A stretch of DNA of 63,880 bases, the filler included, from Octopus bimaculoides (lineage: Eukaryota): NCBI RefSeq assembly GCF_001194135.2. It is 5 parts of 5 records of this genome, joined end to end, with 100 filler letters (N's around TTAATTAATTAA, not from the genome) between each part and the next. Parts side by side here need not be neighbours in the genome. Positions count along the whole stretch, not along the records: positions 29,692 to 53,403 come from NC_069008.1; 4 more parts are not named here. The stretch is one strand, 5' to 3'. A program made the translations under genes and the position numbers. Shown piece by piece: positions 39,304 to 51,965 of this stretch; position 1 is the first letter of the stretch; each line of letters begins with the position of its first letter. The notes under the pieces are model-generated. The model searched no databases and had not been told where the DNA came from. It saw nothing but the letters and a program-made list of their open reading frames with translations.

Positions 39304-39354
<51 letters not shown>

Positions 39355-40211
39355 GTATATACATTTCTTGTGTTTTTTCAATAGAACATGGTCTTCATAT
39401 GAAAAATAAAATTGATGTATGCCCAACAGTGACAGTGGATTCAGCTAAAAGCTCCCATAGCCCAGCTGGTGATGCTAAACCAGGTGATGGATTACTTATG
39501 AAAAGCAGGTGGGGATGATATAAAACCAAAGAAGGGATTAGGTTTATTTATTTCTGAGGATTTAAATTTAATGAGTTTAATCAGTTTGTATTCATTAAAA
39601 TTTAATTATTTCTCTGTTATTAGCCCTCCTCCACCTTCCACAATAACAGTACACAGGGCCAGATTAAAACCCATAGAGGCCCCAAGCACTTAAAAGATTT
39701 CGGTTCCCCCCCCATGTTTATGTAATTCAAAATACAAACAATAATAAAACAAAATAAATTTTTATCTTTCAAAATGAAACAAAACTAACAAAAAGATGGA
39801 AAATAATGTTTATTTTTATATATTTTCGCTTCAGTTATATTTGAAAAGTTTTTTTTTATTTTCTTTAATTGCAAAATCTTTGATCAGATCCTCACCATGG
39901 CACCATTAACACTCTGAAATTATATTTCCAATCATATAAACCATTTAGAATATTATTTTAGCAAGTTTATAGTGATTTCTTTTGTGCCGTAGACCATCTA
40001 CCATTGCTGGTGGTGTCCCTTCCTTCCTTTAATGCCTGAAGCATGTTGCTTATTTTGCTTAATGGTTATCACAAATAAAACCAATAACAATTGTAACAAG
40101 TTAATGAGAAAGATGTGTGACAGTTAATGAGAGAGATGTGTGTATGTGTCTAGAGCTGGTCAAGATCACAGCTAATCTTCTAGCTTCCTTTAAATCATAC
40201 CCTACAGTCTC

Positions 40212-40650
40212 CATCATCATCATCATCATCATTGTTTAATATCCGTTTTCCATGCTGGCATGGGTTGGACGGTTCGACTGGGGCCTGGGAAGCCGGAGGC
40301 TGCACCAGGCCCCAATCTGATCTGGCAGTGTTTCTACAGCTGGATGCCCTTCCTAACGCCAACCACTCTGAGAGTGTAGTGGGTGCTTCTTACGTGCCAC
40401 TGGCACAGGGGCCAGAGTGGGCTGGCATCGACCACTATTGGATGGTGCTTTTTACGTGTCACCAGCACGGAAACCAGTCACAGTGGTGCTGGCATCGGCC
40501 ACATTCGGATGGTGCTTTTTACATGCTACTGACACGGGGCTCGCAACTATGATTTCCATTTGATTTGATTTTGATATTGCTGTACTTGACTCAATAGGTC
40601 TCCTCACGTACAGCATGTCACCCGAACCAATGTGGGAGATCTCTACAGGC
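40212..40650 (-). mobile_element. Retroposon family D copy
   Basis: (CAT)n then TTTAATATCCGTTTTCCATGCTGGCATGGGTTGGAC, the reverse complement of 37040-37268, extended. Confidence 0.8.
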
Positions 40651-40668
40651 TTGTACATATATGTTTGT

Positions 40669-40774
40669 GTGTTAGCTTTGGCAGTACACATTCTAAAATT
40701 GGAATGATACTAAGAAGATAAGCACGGTCCTTCTGTAAGGGTGACATGCAATTTCATGGAACATTCTGTAGTTG
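40669..40774 (+). pseudogene. U6 snRNA pseudogene, full length and degenerate
   Basis: Ungapped manual alignment to the canonical U6 sequence gives about 79/106 identity. The ACAGAGA box is mutated to ACTAAGA and most CpGs have decayed. Confidence 0.92.
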
Positions 40775-40998
40775 TTTTCCGAGTGATGGTGCCCCAGCAT
40801 AGCCACAGCATTTGCACTGAAACTAGTTAAAGAGTTAAAGCATTGTATATAAACCTGTGAGTATGTGTGTGTGTGTGTGTGTGTGTTGAAAATCCTATAT
40901 TAAGTATTTAAATGTCCTCAAATAGCATTCTTTTTGTTTCAAAAATGATGGAGTCTACATGCCTTTGGGAGGTTTGTGTGTGTCTGTGTATATATATA

Positions 40999-41082
<84 letters not shown>

Positions 41083-41132
41083 CATACATACGTTCATACA
41101 TATGTGTGTGTGTGTTCATATATGTATGTATA

Positions 41133-41295
41133 GGCGCAGTAGTGGTTGTGTGGTAAGAAGCTTGCTTCCCAACCACATGGTTCCAGGTTCAGTCCCACTG
41201 CATGGCACCTTGGGTAAGTGCCTTCTACTATAGCCTCGGGCCAAGCAAAGCCTTGTGAGTGGATTTGGTAGATGGAAACTGAAAGAAGCCCATCG
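41133..41295 (+). mobile_element. SINE family A 5' half
   Basis: GGCGCAGTAGTGG head through GAAACTGAAAGAAGCCC. Confidence 0.85.
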
Positions 41296-41771
41296 TCTCT
41301 CTCTCTCTTTATATATATATATATATATATTTGTCTCTTATGCTATCACCACTAGATAAGAAACAATAAAATCTGAGACAGTTAAAACTTTTGTCTAGAA
41401 TCAATTACTAGCCTGATAGACTCGGCTATGTCAAGATGGTTTTATGTATTCTTCCACACATTTGGATTTTTATGTATNNNNNNNNNNNNNNNNNNNNNNN
41501 NNNNNNNNNNNNNNNNNNNNNNNNNNNNNNNNNNNNNNNNNNNNNNNNNNNNNNNNNNNNNNNNNNNNNNNNNNNNNNNNNNNNNNNNNNNNNNNNNNNN
41601 NNNNNNNNNNNNNNNNNNNNNNNNNNNNNNNNNNNNNNNNNNNNNNNNNNNNNNNNNNNNNNNNNNNNNNNNNNNNNNNNNNNNNNNNNNNNNNNNNNNN
41701 NNNNNNNNNNNNNNNNNNNNNNNNNNNNNNNNNNNNNNNNNNNNNNNNNNNNNNNNNNNNNNNNNNNNNNN

Positions 41772-41804
<33 letters not shown>

Positions 41805-42733
41805 TACACAAACGTAAAAAGCACCATCCGAGCGTGGCTGATGCCAGCACCACCTACATAATGCCTACATGCTTGCCCTCCTAAATATTTAGTGTTTGTA
41901 TGTGTGTATCTATAAATGTTACAGTCTGCAAATGAAGAACACAGGTCATTTCCAATGCTTAAACAGTATGGTGGTTGTTCCTATATTTCTGGTGACATTC
42001 TTGTCTACTGTTCGAGTACTTTTTGTGTCTGTACGAGCTTTCAGGTGACACCTGAAAGGTTACATAGAGTCAAGAGGAAGTTGAGGAGTTGCCAAAATGT
42101 AAGTGGAGACGATAAACACCATCAGGCACACATGCACATGTACACACACACACACACACACACTGCAACACATGCTCTCATATACATGTACACACATGCA
42201 CACTCTCTCTCTCTATCTCTCTCACACACACACACTCAAACTCACTCATGGTCACACACAGACATGAACGCATACATACACTCTTAACTCAAACACACAC
42301 ACACACCCATGCTCATACACACACAGAGACAAACTCATTTATGTTCACACACACATGCACACATACATATACTCTTAACTCACACACTCACTCACTTACA
42401 CACACATACACACATGTACATACACTCTTAACTCACACACATACACAAACTCACTCATGGTTACACACACACACACACACACATGCTCATACACTCACAA
42501 ACTCACTCATGGTCACACACACATGCACACACACACATACCCTTTAATTCACACACACATGCTCACATACAAACACATGCTCAGATACCTGTGCACACAC
42601 ACACACACGCACACATATGGTTACACACTCACATATACTCGTATGTTTTGCACACACATGCTCACACAATCACTTGTACACATCTCATACACAAATGCTC
42701 ACACACATACACACACATGTTCACACACACATG

Positions 42734-42770
<37 letters not shown>

Positions 42771-43249
42771 TCACACACGCCTCATACTCACACACATTCT
42801 CTCCCTCTCTGTTTAGCCATCTCCTCTCAAACAATATTATAAAGTACTTGTGCTGTTTTTAAGTATTTAACTGTCACACGTTTCACTCGTTAACTGCCAC
42901 ACCTCTGTCTCATTAACTGCCATACATCTCTCTCATTAACTGTCACACATCCCATTAACTGTATACACTCCGAGAGTGTAGTGGGTGCTTTTACGTGCCA
43001 CCAGCATGAGGGGTCAATCTGGCGGTACTGGCAACGGCCACGCTCAAATGGTGTCTTTTTTACGTGCCCCCTGCACAGGAGTCAGTCCAGCGGCACTGGC
43101 AACGACCTTGCTCGAATGTTTTGTTCACGTGCCACCGACACAAGTGCCAGTAAGGCGACACTGGTAACGATCACGCTCAATTGGTGCTTTATATATATAT
43201 ATATATATATATGTATATACACACACATACACACATTCTTTTATTTTTT

Positions 43250-43660
43250 TACTCTTTTACTTGTTTCAGTCATTTGACTGTGGCCAAGTTGGAGCACTGC
43301 CTTCAAGTGCTTTTGTCAAGCAATTTTACCCCCAGGACTTATTTTTTAAGCCTAGTATTTATTCTATTGGTCTCTTTGCTGAACCGCTAAGTTACAGTGA
43401 CGTAAACACACCAACACTGGTTGTCAAGTGATGATGGGTAGGGGGAGAGGGATAAACAGACACAAAGATACACACGCACATGCACACATATATATACAAT
43501 GGGCTTCTTTTAGTTTCCGTTTACCAAATCCACTCACGAGGCTTTGATTTTGATCAGCTCAGGGCTACAGTAGAAAAGACTTGCCCAAGGTGTTGCACAG
43601 TGGGTCTGAACCAAGACCACCAGGTTTGAAAGCAAGATTCTTAATCACACAACCACGCCT
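43250..43660 (-). mobile_element. SINE family A copy
   Basis: Reverse complement, diverged but near full length. Confidence 0.8.
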
Positions 43661-45019
43661 GTTGATAAAATTTGCCCGAAGAAATGTTTTGGTGATGAAT
43701 GGAATAATTTAAAAATCATGCAGTTCTTTAAAAAAATGTTATCAACATAATCGTAATCTACATCATCAAAAATGTTTCCCTGCAAATATTTCATTAAGCA
43801 ATTTTGCATTTGAAAGAAAATTATGAAAGAAAAAGAAAACAAAATTGGTGGAGCACCAAAGTGTAGTTATACTCTGTCCCAACCTGACAGGGTTATTATC
43901 CAAACCAAAGGTTCTCAGTGTGGGTGAAAGCCGCCTTACTCCTTCTCGCCATGAGACACTGGGCATGTCAGAGAGGTGGGGTCGAGGTGAGTAGTAGGGT
44001 AATACAATCAGCATACTAAAAATTTTACTGATCTTAAAAGTACCTAATTGAATCATAAATCCATTTCTTTCTGATGTTCTCTTCTGCTCAACCATGAAGA
44101 AATTATCAACATAAAAAATAATTCAGTAAAGATTGTTTGCCAACATAACATGGCAGTCCTGGTTTAGGACGAATGCTGCTGTAATTTAGCCCCGGGAGAC
44201 ATCATCTCCAGCTGGCTGTACGACACGACCTGTGTCTTTATATTTTCGAAAAAGGAATCTAGCACCCCCACTCAGCTCAAAACAATATCTGTGTATCGCG
44301 ATTTCTGGGTTATTTCCCTTCATCAGCACAGAATAATTGTTTTGAGCTGAGTAGGAGTGCTAGATTCCCTTGTTCGAAAATATAAGGACACAGATCGTGT
44401 TTATGTTGTATACTTCCACTTTATATTTGAAAAGTTTCCTCCTACTTTTTTTTCAACGCTAAAATGTTTGATCAGCTCCTCAAAATTAATCTTATGTAAC
44501 ACATATGCTTCTATACTGAGTAGAGATATAAGTCATTCTGAATATATTTCAACAAATCTAAAGTCATTACTTTTGTGCCGTAAACCATTTACCATTTCTG
44601 TGGTGCCCTATTTGATGCCCTAAGCATGTGATTATTTTACTTGATGGTTCATCCAGCACTCATGTTTATACTAAATCAATGGGTTGCTAAACTGTAGTTA
44701 TATCCTAACTTCAACTTGGGTAGATTATTATCTGTTTCCTGACTGTAAAGGCAAAAGATAAAATAAAAATAGAAACGAATAAAAGACATAGTCTACAGAC
44801 TATAAAGAGCCTATATATGTCATTAAGTCATTAACAAAACGTCTTGGTGAAGTATGTGAAAGTAGTGAGGCCTTGCTTTTATGTTTTATCAAAATCCGGG
44901 TCTGTTTTCCAGGTTGACGTGACCTCAATGCTGGTTTTTTGTTGATAACAAAAAGCCCATTTGTAAAATTCGTACTGGGTGTTCATAAATTAGGTTTACA
45001 ACTTCCACAATTTACCATT

Positions 45020-46320
45020 CTTTTACTTATTTTAGTAATTTGACTGTGGCCATGCTGGAGCACCACTCTGAAGGATTTTAGTTGAAAAAATCGACCCCAG
45101 GACTTATTTTTTTAAACCTAACACCTATTCATTTGGTCTCTTTTGCTGAACTGCTCAGTTATGGGGATGTAAACACACCAACACCTATTATCAAGCAGTA
45201 ATGGAGGGATAAGCACAAACACAAAGACACACACACAAGTACATACATATATATACATGCATATANNNNNNNNNNNNNNNNNNNNNNNNNNNNNNNNNNN
45301 NNNNNNNNNNNNNNNNNNNNNNNNNNNNNNNNNNNNNNNNNNNNNNNNNNNNNNNNNNNNNNNNNNNNNNNNNNNNNNNNNNNNNNNNNNNNNNNNNNNN
45401 NNNNNNNNNNNNNNNNNNNNNNNNNNNNNNNNNNNNNNNNNNNNNNNNNNNNNNNNNNNNNNNNNNNNNNNNNNNNNNNNNNNNNNNNNNNNNNNNNNNN
45501 NNNNNNNNNNNNNNNNNNNNNNNNNNNNNNNNNNNNNNNNNNNNNNNNNNNNNNNNNNNNNNNNNNNNNNNNNNNNNNNNNNNNNNNNNNNNNNNNNNNN
45601 NNNNNNNNNNNNNNNNNNNNNNNNNNNNNNNNNNNNNNNNNNNNNNNNNNNNNNNNNNNNNNNNNNNNNNNNNNNNNNNNNNNNNNNNNNNNNNNNNNNN
45701 NNNNNNNNNNNNNNNNNNNNNNNNNNNNNNNNNNNNNNNNNNNNNNNNNNNNNNNNNNNNNNNNNNNNNNNNNNNNNNNNNNNNNNNNNNNNNNNNNNNN
45801 NNNNNNNNNNNNNNNNNNNNNNNNNNNNNNNNNNNNNNNNNNNNNNNNNNNNNNNNNNNNNNNNNNNNNNNNNNNNNNNNNNNNNNNNNNNNNNNNNNNN
45901 NNNNNNNNNNNNNNNNNNNNNNNNNNNNNNNNNNNNNNNNNNNNNNNNNNNNNNNNNNNNNNNNNNNNNNNNNNNNNNNNNNNNNNNNNNNNNNNNNNNN
46001 NNNNNNNNNNNNNNNNNNNNNNNNNNNNNNNNNNNNNNNNNNNNNNNNNNNNNNNNNNNNNNNNNNNNNNNNNNNNNNNNNNNNNNNNNNNNNNNNNNNN
46101 NNNNNNNNNNNNNNNNNNNNNNNNNNNNNNNNNNNNNNNNNNNNNNNNNNNNNNNNNNATATATACGACGGTCTTCTTTCAGTTTCCGTCTACCAAATCC
46201 ATTCACAAGGCTTTGGTCAGCCCGAGGCTATAGTAGAAGACACTTGCCCAAGGTGCCACGCAGTGGGACTGAACCCATGTGGTTGGTAAGCAAGCTACTT
46301 ACCACACAGCCACTCCTGCG
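45020..46320 (-). mobile_element. SINE family A halves on either side of an N gap (3' half 45020-45265, 5' half 46160-46320)
   Basis: Both halves match the family. They may belong to different copies joined across the gap. Confidence 0.75.
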
Positions 46321-47929
46321 CCTAACCCTAACCCTTACCGTTTGACACACACACACACACATATACACATGCATGTGTGCATGCATGCATGCATATATGT
46401 ATGTATGTATGTATGGATGGATGGATGTATATGCATGCATGCATATGTAAAAGCTTGCACACACAATAAAACAGATACAGGGTTTTCTCACACTGGCTGT
46501 ATGTTCAAACACAAATCAATCAATCCATCAATAGATCAATACCAGCTGTCACATGTGGAACGAGCTATAAAGACATGGACAAGCTGTTAACACAACCTAA
46601 AGACCACGGAGAGACTACAGACCCTTGTTCTATACTTAAGAAACAGAAAAGTTAATAAACCATACTACTACATATTGTGGTGAAAAAACATGACCAAATG
46701 AGTCAGCCTTACGCATAGATTAATGTGATCAAATGGTGTTTTTTACGTGCCACCTGCACAGGAGCCAGTACAGCGGCACTGGCAATGACCTACATATATA
46801 TATGTGTATATATATATATATATGTGTATGTATGTATGTATATATATATATATATATATGTGTGTATGTATGTNNNNNNNNNNNNNNNNNNNNNNNNNNN
46901 NNNNNNNNNNNNNNNNNNNNNNNNNNNNNNNNNNNNNNNNNNNNNNNNNNNNNNNNNNNNNNNNNNNNNNNNNNNNNNNNNNNNNNNNNNNNNNNNNNNN
47001 NNNNNNNNNNNNNNNNNNNNNNNNNNNNNNNNNNNNNNNNNNNNNNNNNNNNNNNNNNNNNNNNNNNNNNNNNNNNNNNNNNNNNNNNNNNNNNNNNNNN
47101 NNNNNNNNNNNNNNNNNNNNNNNNNNNNNNNNNNNNNNNNNNNNNNNNNNNNNNNNNNNNNNNNNNNNNNNNNNNNNNNNNNNNNNNNNNNNNNNNNNNN
47201 NNNNNNNNNNNNNNNNNNNNNNNNNNNNNNNNNNNNNNNNNNNNNNNNNNNNNNNNNNNNNNNNNNNNNNNNNNNNNNNNNNNNNNNNNNNNNNNNNNNN
47301 NNNNNNNNNNNNNNNNNNNNNNNNNNNNNNNNNNNNNNNNNNNNNNNNNNNNNNNNNNNNNNNNNNNNNNNNNNNNNNNNNNNNNNNNNNNNNNNNNNNN
47401 NNNNNNNNNNNNNNNNNNNNNNNNNNNNNNNNNNNNNNNNNNNNNNNNNNNNNNNNNNNNNNNNNNNNNNNNNNNNNNNNNNNNNNNNNNNNNNNNNNNN
47501 NNNNNNNNNNNNNNNNNNNNNNNNNNNNNNNNNNNNNNNNNNNNNNNNNNNNNNNNNNNNNNNNNNNNNNNNNNNNNNNNNNNNNNNNNNNNNNNNNNNN
47601 NNNNNNNNNNNNNNNNNNNNNNNNNNNNNNNNNNNNNNNNNNNNNNNNNNNNNNNNNNNNNNNNNNNNNNNNNNNNNNNNNNNNNNNNNNNNNNNNNNNN
47701 NNNNNNNNNNNNNNNNNNNNNNNNNNNNNNNNNNNNNNNNNNNNNNNNNNNNNNNNNNNNNNNNNNNNNNNNNNNNNNNNNNNNNNNNNNNNNNNNNNNN
47801 NNNNNNNNNNNNNNNNNNNNNNNNNNNNNNNNNNNNNNNNNNNNNNNNNNNNNNNNNNNNNNNNNNNNNNTATATATATATATATATGAAAAAGAAGCCC
47901 ACTCTCCCAAAAGATTAGAGCAGTCATAT

Positions 47930-48082
47930 ATTTTTTGTAGGTTCAAATTCTGCCAAGGTCGACTTTGTCTTTCATTCTTTTGGGGTCGATAAATTAAGTA
48001 CCAGTTGCGTACTGAGGTTGATCTAATCAACTGCCCCCCCCTCCCCCAAAAATTTGTGCCTTGTGCCTAGAGTAGAAGAGAA
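47930..48082 (+). mobile_element. SINE family B copy, 5' truncated
   Basis: Runs from the B-box to the tail. Confidence 0.8.
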
Positions 48083-48245
48083 TATATTTTATGTAGGAAG
48101 TCAAAAGTTATGGTCAGCCACAGGGTGACCATTGGTTGTGCCTTCGGCCATTTGACTCTGATGAATTGCCAAAACTACTAAGGGCTTTACAGGTGCAAAA
48201 CCAATGGTCACTTTATGACCAGCCATAACTTTTAACTTCCAAAGA

Positions 48246-48645
48246 TGTGTGGTAAGAAGCTTGCTTCTCAGCCACATGGTTCCTGGTTCAATTCCACTGC
48301 ATGGCACCTTGCGTAAGCTCTTCTACTATAGCCTCAGGCCGACCAAAGCCTTCTGAGTGGATTTGCTAGATGGAAACTGAAAGAAGCCCATCGTGTATAT
48401 ATGTATATATTTATGCACTTGCATCTTTGTTTGTCCCACCCCCACCCCGTCACTGCTTGACAACCAGTGTTGGGGTGTTTACATCCCCATAACTTAGTGG
48501 TTCAGCAAAGAGACTGATAAAATAAGGTACCAAGCTTAAAAAAAAAAAAGTCCTGGAGTTGATTTGTTCGACTAAGAACCTTTTAAGGCATTGCTCCAGC
48601 ATGGCCACAATCAAATGACTGATACAAATAACAGAATAAAAGAAT
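48246..48645 (+). mobile_element. SINE family A copy
   Basis: Head, body and tail present. Confidence 0.85.
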
Positions 48646-48988
48646 ATACACACACACACACACACACACATATNNNNNNNNNNNNNNNNNNNNNNNNNNN
48701 NNNNNNNNNNNNNNNNNNNNNNNNNNNNNNNNNNNNNNNNNNNNNNNNNNNNNNNNNNNNNNNNNNNNNNNNNNNNNNNNNNNNNNNNNNNNNNNNNNNN
48801 NNNNNNNNNNNNNNNNNNNNNNNNNNNNNNNNNNNNNNNNNNNNNNNNNNNNNNNNNNNNNNNNNNNNNNNNNNNNNNNNNNNNNNNNNNNNNNNNNNNN
48901 NNNNNNNNNNNNNNNNNNNNNNNNNNNNNNNNNNNNNNNNNNNNNNNNNNNNNNNNNNNNNNNNNNNNNNNNNNNNNNNNNNNNNNNN

Positions 48989-49033
<45 letters not shown>

Positions 49034-49809
49034 TAGATGTACAGACACATATATATGTATATACATACACATAGATGTAGACACATATATATGTATATAC
49101 ATACATACACATAGATGTACACACATACACACACATAGCTGTATACATACATACACATAGATGTGCACACACGCATATATGTATATATATACATACATAC
49201 ACATAGCTGTATACACACACACACACATACACACACACACAAATACATACAAAGGGCAATTTTTAGGCCTTTATGTAATTTTAGATGTAGAATATGTGAA
49301 AAATAAAGCTAAAAATAAAGAAAATTAAAAAAAAACCAGTGAAAGAATTTATGACATCCTTGGAATTCCTGAGAGATTTCAGTGGTTTGTGTAAACAAAC
49401 TGAGATGACTGTTCTGAGAGTCTAAAGCAGATCCAAAATCTGGGTTTTTGTTTTTTTAGGGGCCAGCACCAAAAATTAAAACACAAGTCAATTAAAGAAG
49501 GATTTATTATATTCATAGAGGGAAGATTATTGGGGGTCGCTGGAAGGATGCTTGTGTCCCTGGGAGAGACGGTTGAGAAGAGCTGGCCTAGACATCAGGG
49601 TGTCCATAAATTACCTTTACAATTTGAAACATTCAGTGGAACATCATCATCATCATCATCATCATCGTCATCATCATCATCATCATCATTGTTGTTTAAT
49701 GTCCATTTTCCATGCATGCATAGTTGTTGGATGGTTGATAGGAGGTGACCAGGTAGAAGATTATCTCAGGCTACTGTGTCTGTTTTGACACGGCTTTTTA
49801 TAGCTGGAT

Positions 49810-50720
49810 GGCCTTCCTAATACGAACCACCCTACAGGGTGGACCAAGTGCTTTTTATGTGGCACCAGCAAAATTGAGGTCAGTTTTGGCATGGTTTTTA
49901 CAGCTGGATGCCCTTCCAAATGCCAACCACTTCACAGTGTGGACTGGATGCATTTTATGTGGCACCAGCACAGGTGAGGCCAGATTTTCCATGGTTTTTA
50001 CAGCTGGATGCCCTTCCAAATGCCAACCACTTCACAGTGTGGACTGGATGCATTTTATGTGGCACCAGCACAGGTGAGGCCAGATTNNNNNNNNNNNNNN
50101 NNNNNNNNNNNNNNNNNNNNNNNNNNNNNNNNNNNNNNNNNNNNNNNNNNNNNNNNNNNNNNNNNNNNNNNNNNNNNNNNNNNNNNNNNNNNNNNNNNNN
50201 NNNNNNNNNNNNNNNNNNNNNNNNNNNNNNNNNNNNNNNNNNNNNNNNNNNNNNNNNNNNNNNNNNNNNNNNNNNNNNNNNNNNNNNNNNNNNNNNNNNN
50301 NNNNNNNNNNNNNNNNNNNNNNNNNNNNNNNNNNNNNNNNNNNNNNNNNNNNNNNNNNNNNNNNNNNNNNNNNNNNNNNNNNNNNNNNNNNNNNNNNNNN
50401 NNNNNNNNNNNNNNNNNNNNNNNNNNNNNNNNNNNNNNNNNNNNNNNNNNNNNNNNNNNNNNNNNNNNNNNNNNNNNNNNNNNNNNNNNNNNNNNNNNNN
50501 NNNNNNNNNNNNNNNNNTTGAGGTCAGTTTTGGCATGGTTTTTACAGCTGGATGCCCTTCCAAATGCCAACCACTTCACAGTGTGGACTGGATGCATTTT
50601 ATGTGGCACCAGCACAGGTGAGGCCAGATTTTCCATGGTTTTTACAGCTGGATGCCCTTCCAAATGCCAACCACTTCACAGTGTGGACTGGATGCTTTTT
50701 ATGTGGCACCAACACAGGCA
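49810..50720. repeat. 100-bp minisatellite derived from the retroposon family D interior (spans a gap)
   Basis: Exact 100-bp period (49908/50008 and 50552/50652). Unit contains ACAGCTGGATGCCCTTCCAAATGCCAACCAC. Confidence 0.85.
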
Positions 50721-50885
50721 GGGTCACCAAGTAACTTGCAAGACAAGAAATTTTGAGAGGGGAGACGGCATTGGAGGAGTGATCTTGTGTTAGATGATGA
50801 AAGAATAAAATGAAAAATAAGGATAACTCAACAGAGTTAAAGACAAATGAAAGTGATTTAAAGATTAATATAAAAAGCACATAAA

Positions 50886-51144
50886 ACTGGCTGTGTGGTA
50901 AGAAGCTTGTTTCCCAACCACATGGTTCCAGGTTCAGTCCCACTGCATGTAACCTTTTACTCAGTCCAATGCCTTGTGAGAGGATTTGGTAGACAGAAAC
51001 TGAAAGAAGCCTGCGTATATGCATGTATATATATGCTTGTACTTGTGTGTGTGTCTTTGCGTTTGTGCTTATCCCTCCATTACTGCTTGACAACAGGTGT
51101 TGGTGTGTTTACATCCCCATAACTGAGCAGTTCAGCAAAAGAGA
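50886..51144 (+). mobile_element. SINE family A copy, truncated at a 10-N gap
   Basis: Near-identical to 51677-51844 over the shared span. Confidence 0.8.
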
Positions 51145-51154
51145 NNNNNNNNNN

Positions 51155-51187
<33 letters not shown>

Positions 51188-51254
51188 ATATATGTGTGTG
51201 TTTGTGTAGGTTTCATCCCCAAGACGCTAATGACAGATTTTTTCCATCTTCCAG

Positions 51255-51330
51255 GGTACCATCATACCAGATCCAAGTTTCAACGCTGATGACTGCGCTG
51301 ACAGGCTACAAGCGACTATGAAAGGACTTG
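51255..51330 (+). CDS. Annexin, coding exon 2 (GTIIPDPSFNADDCADRLQATMKGLG)
   Basis: Acceptor tttttccatcttccag, donor G|gtacgt (phase 1). Translation matches the start of annexin repeat 1 (GT..P...F....A..L..AMKGLG). Confidence 0.92.
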
Positions 51331-51519
51331 GTACGTTACTGCTATGGTTGTTGTTGTTGCTGTTGCTGCAGTGAAGGTGCAGTATGGCGTATATATGCAT
51401 GTGTGTGTGTGTGTGTGTGCATGTATAAGTCTTTGTATATGTGTGTGTATATATGTGGGTATAAGTGTGTGAGCGTTTATATATGTACATGTGTTTATAT
51501 ATATGTGTAAGTATGTATT

Positions 51520-51578
<59 letters not shown>

Positions 51579-51676
51579 GGTGATGGTGGTGTACAAGCCA
51601 CACCAGAATTGTTCGGTCAGCCAACTTTCATCATCATCATCAACACCACCACTGCCAACTAAAAACCAACATCGAG

Positions 51677-51965
51677 GTGAGAGGATTTGGTAGACAGAAA
51701 CTGAAAGAAGCCTGTCGTATATGCATGTATATATATGTATGTACTTGTGTGTGTGTCTTTGTGTTTGTGCTTATCCCTCCATTACTGCTTGATAATAGGT
51801 GTTGGTGTGTTTACATCCCCATAACTGAGCAGTTCAGCAAAAGAGACCAAATGAATAAGTGTTAGGTTTAAAAGAATAAGTCCTGGGGTCGATTTTTTTC
51901 AACTAAAATCTTTCAGAGTGGTGCTCCAGCATGGCCACAGTCAAATTACTAAAACAAATAAAAGA
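51677..51965 (+). mobile_element. SINE family A 3' two-thirds
   Basis: Starts abruptly at GTGAGAGGATTTGG and carries the tail. Confidence 0.8.

Noticed and set aside
39385-39508. Exon-like segment with a good acceptor (EHGLHMKNKIDVCPTVTVDSAKSS...)
   Set aside because: Open only in phase 1, incompatible with the phase-0 end of annexin exon 1. It has no recognisable homology and weak donors.
39650-40030. hAT-like element starting CAGGGCCAGATTAA
   Set aside because: Only one terminus is recognisable; no matching right TIR or 8-bp TSD found.
43766-44095. 109-aa non-repetitive minus-strand ORF
   Set aside because: No recognisable motif or splice support; length is within chance expectation.
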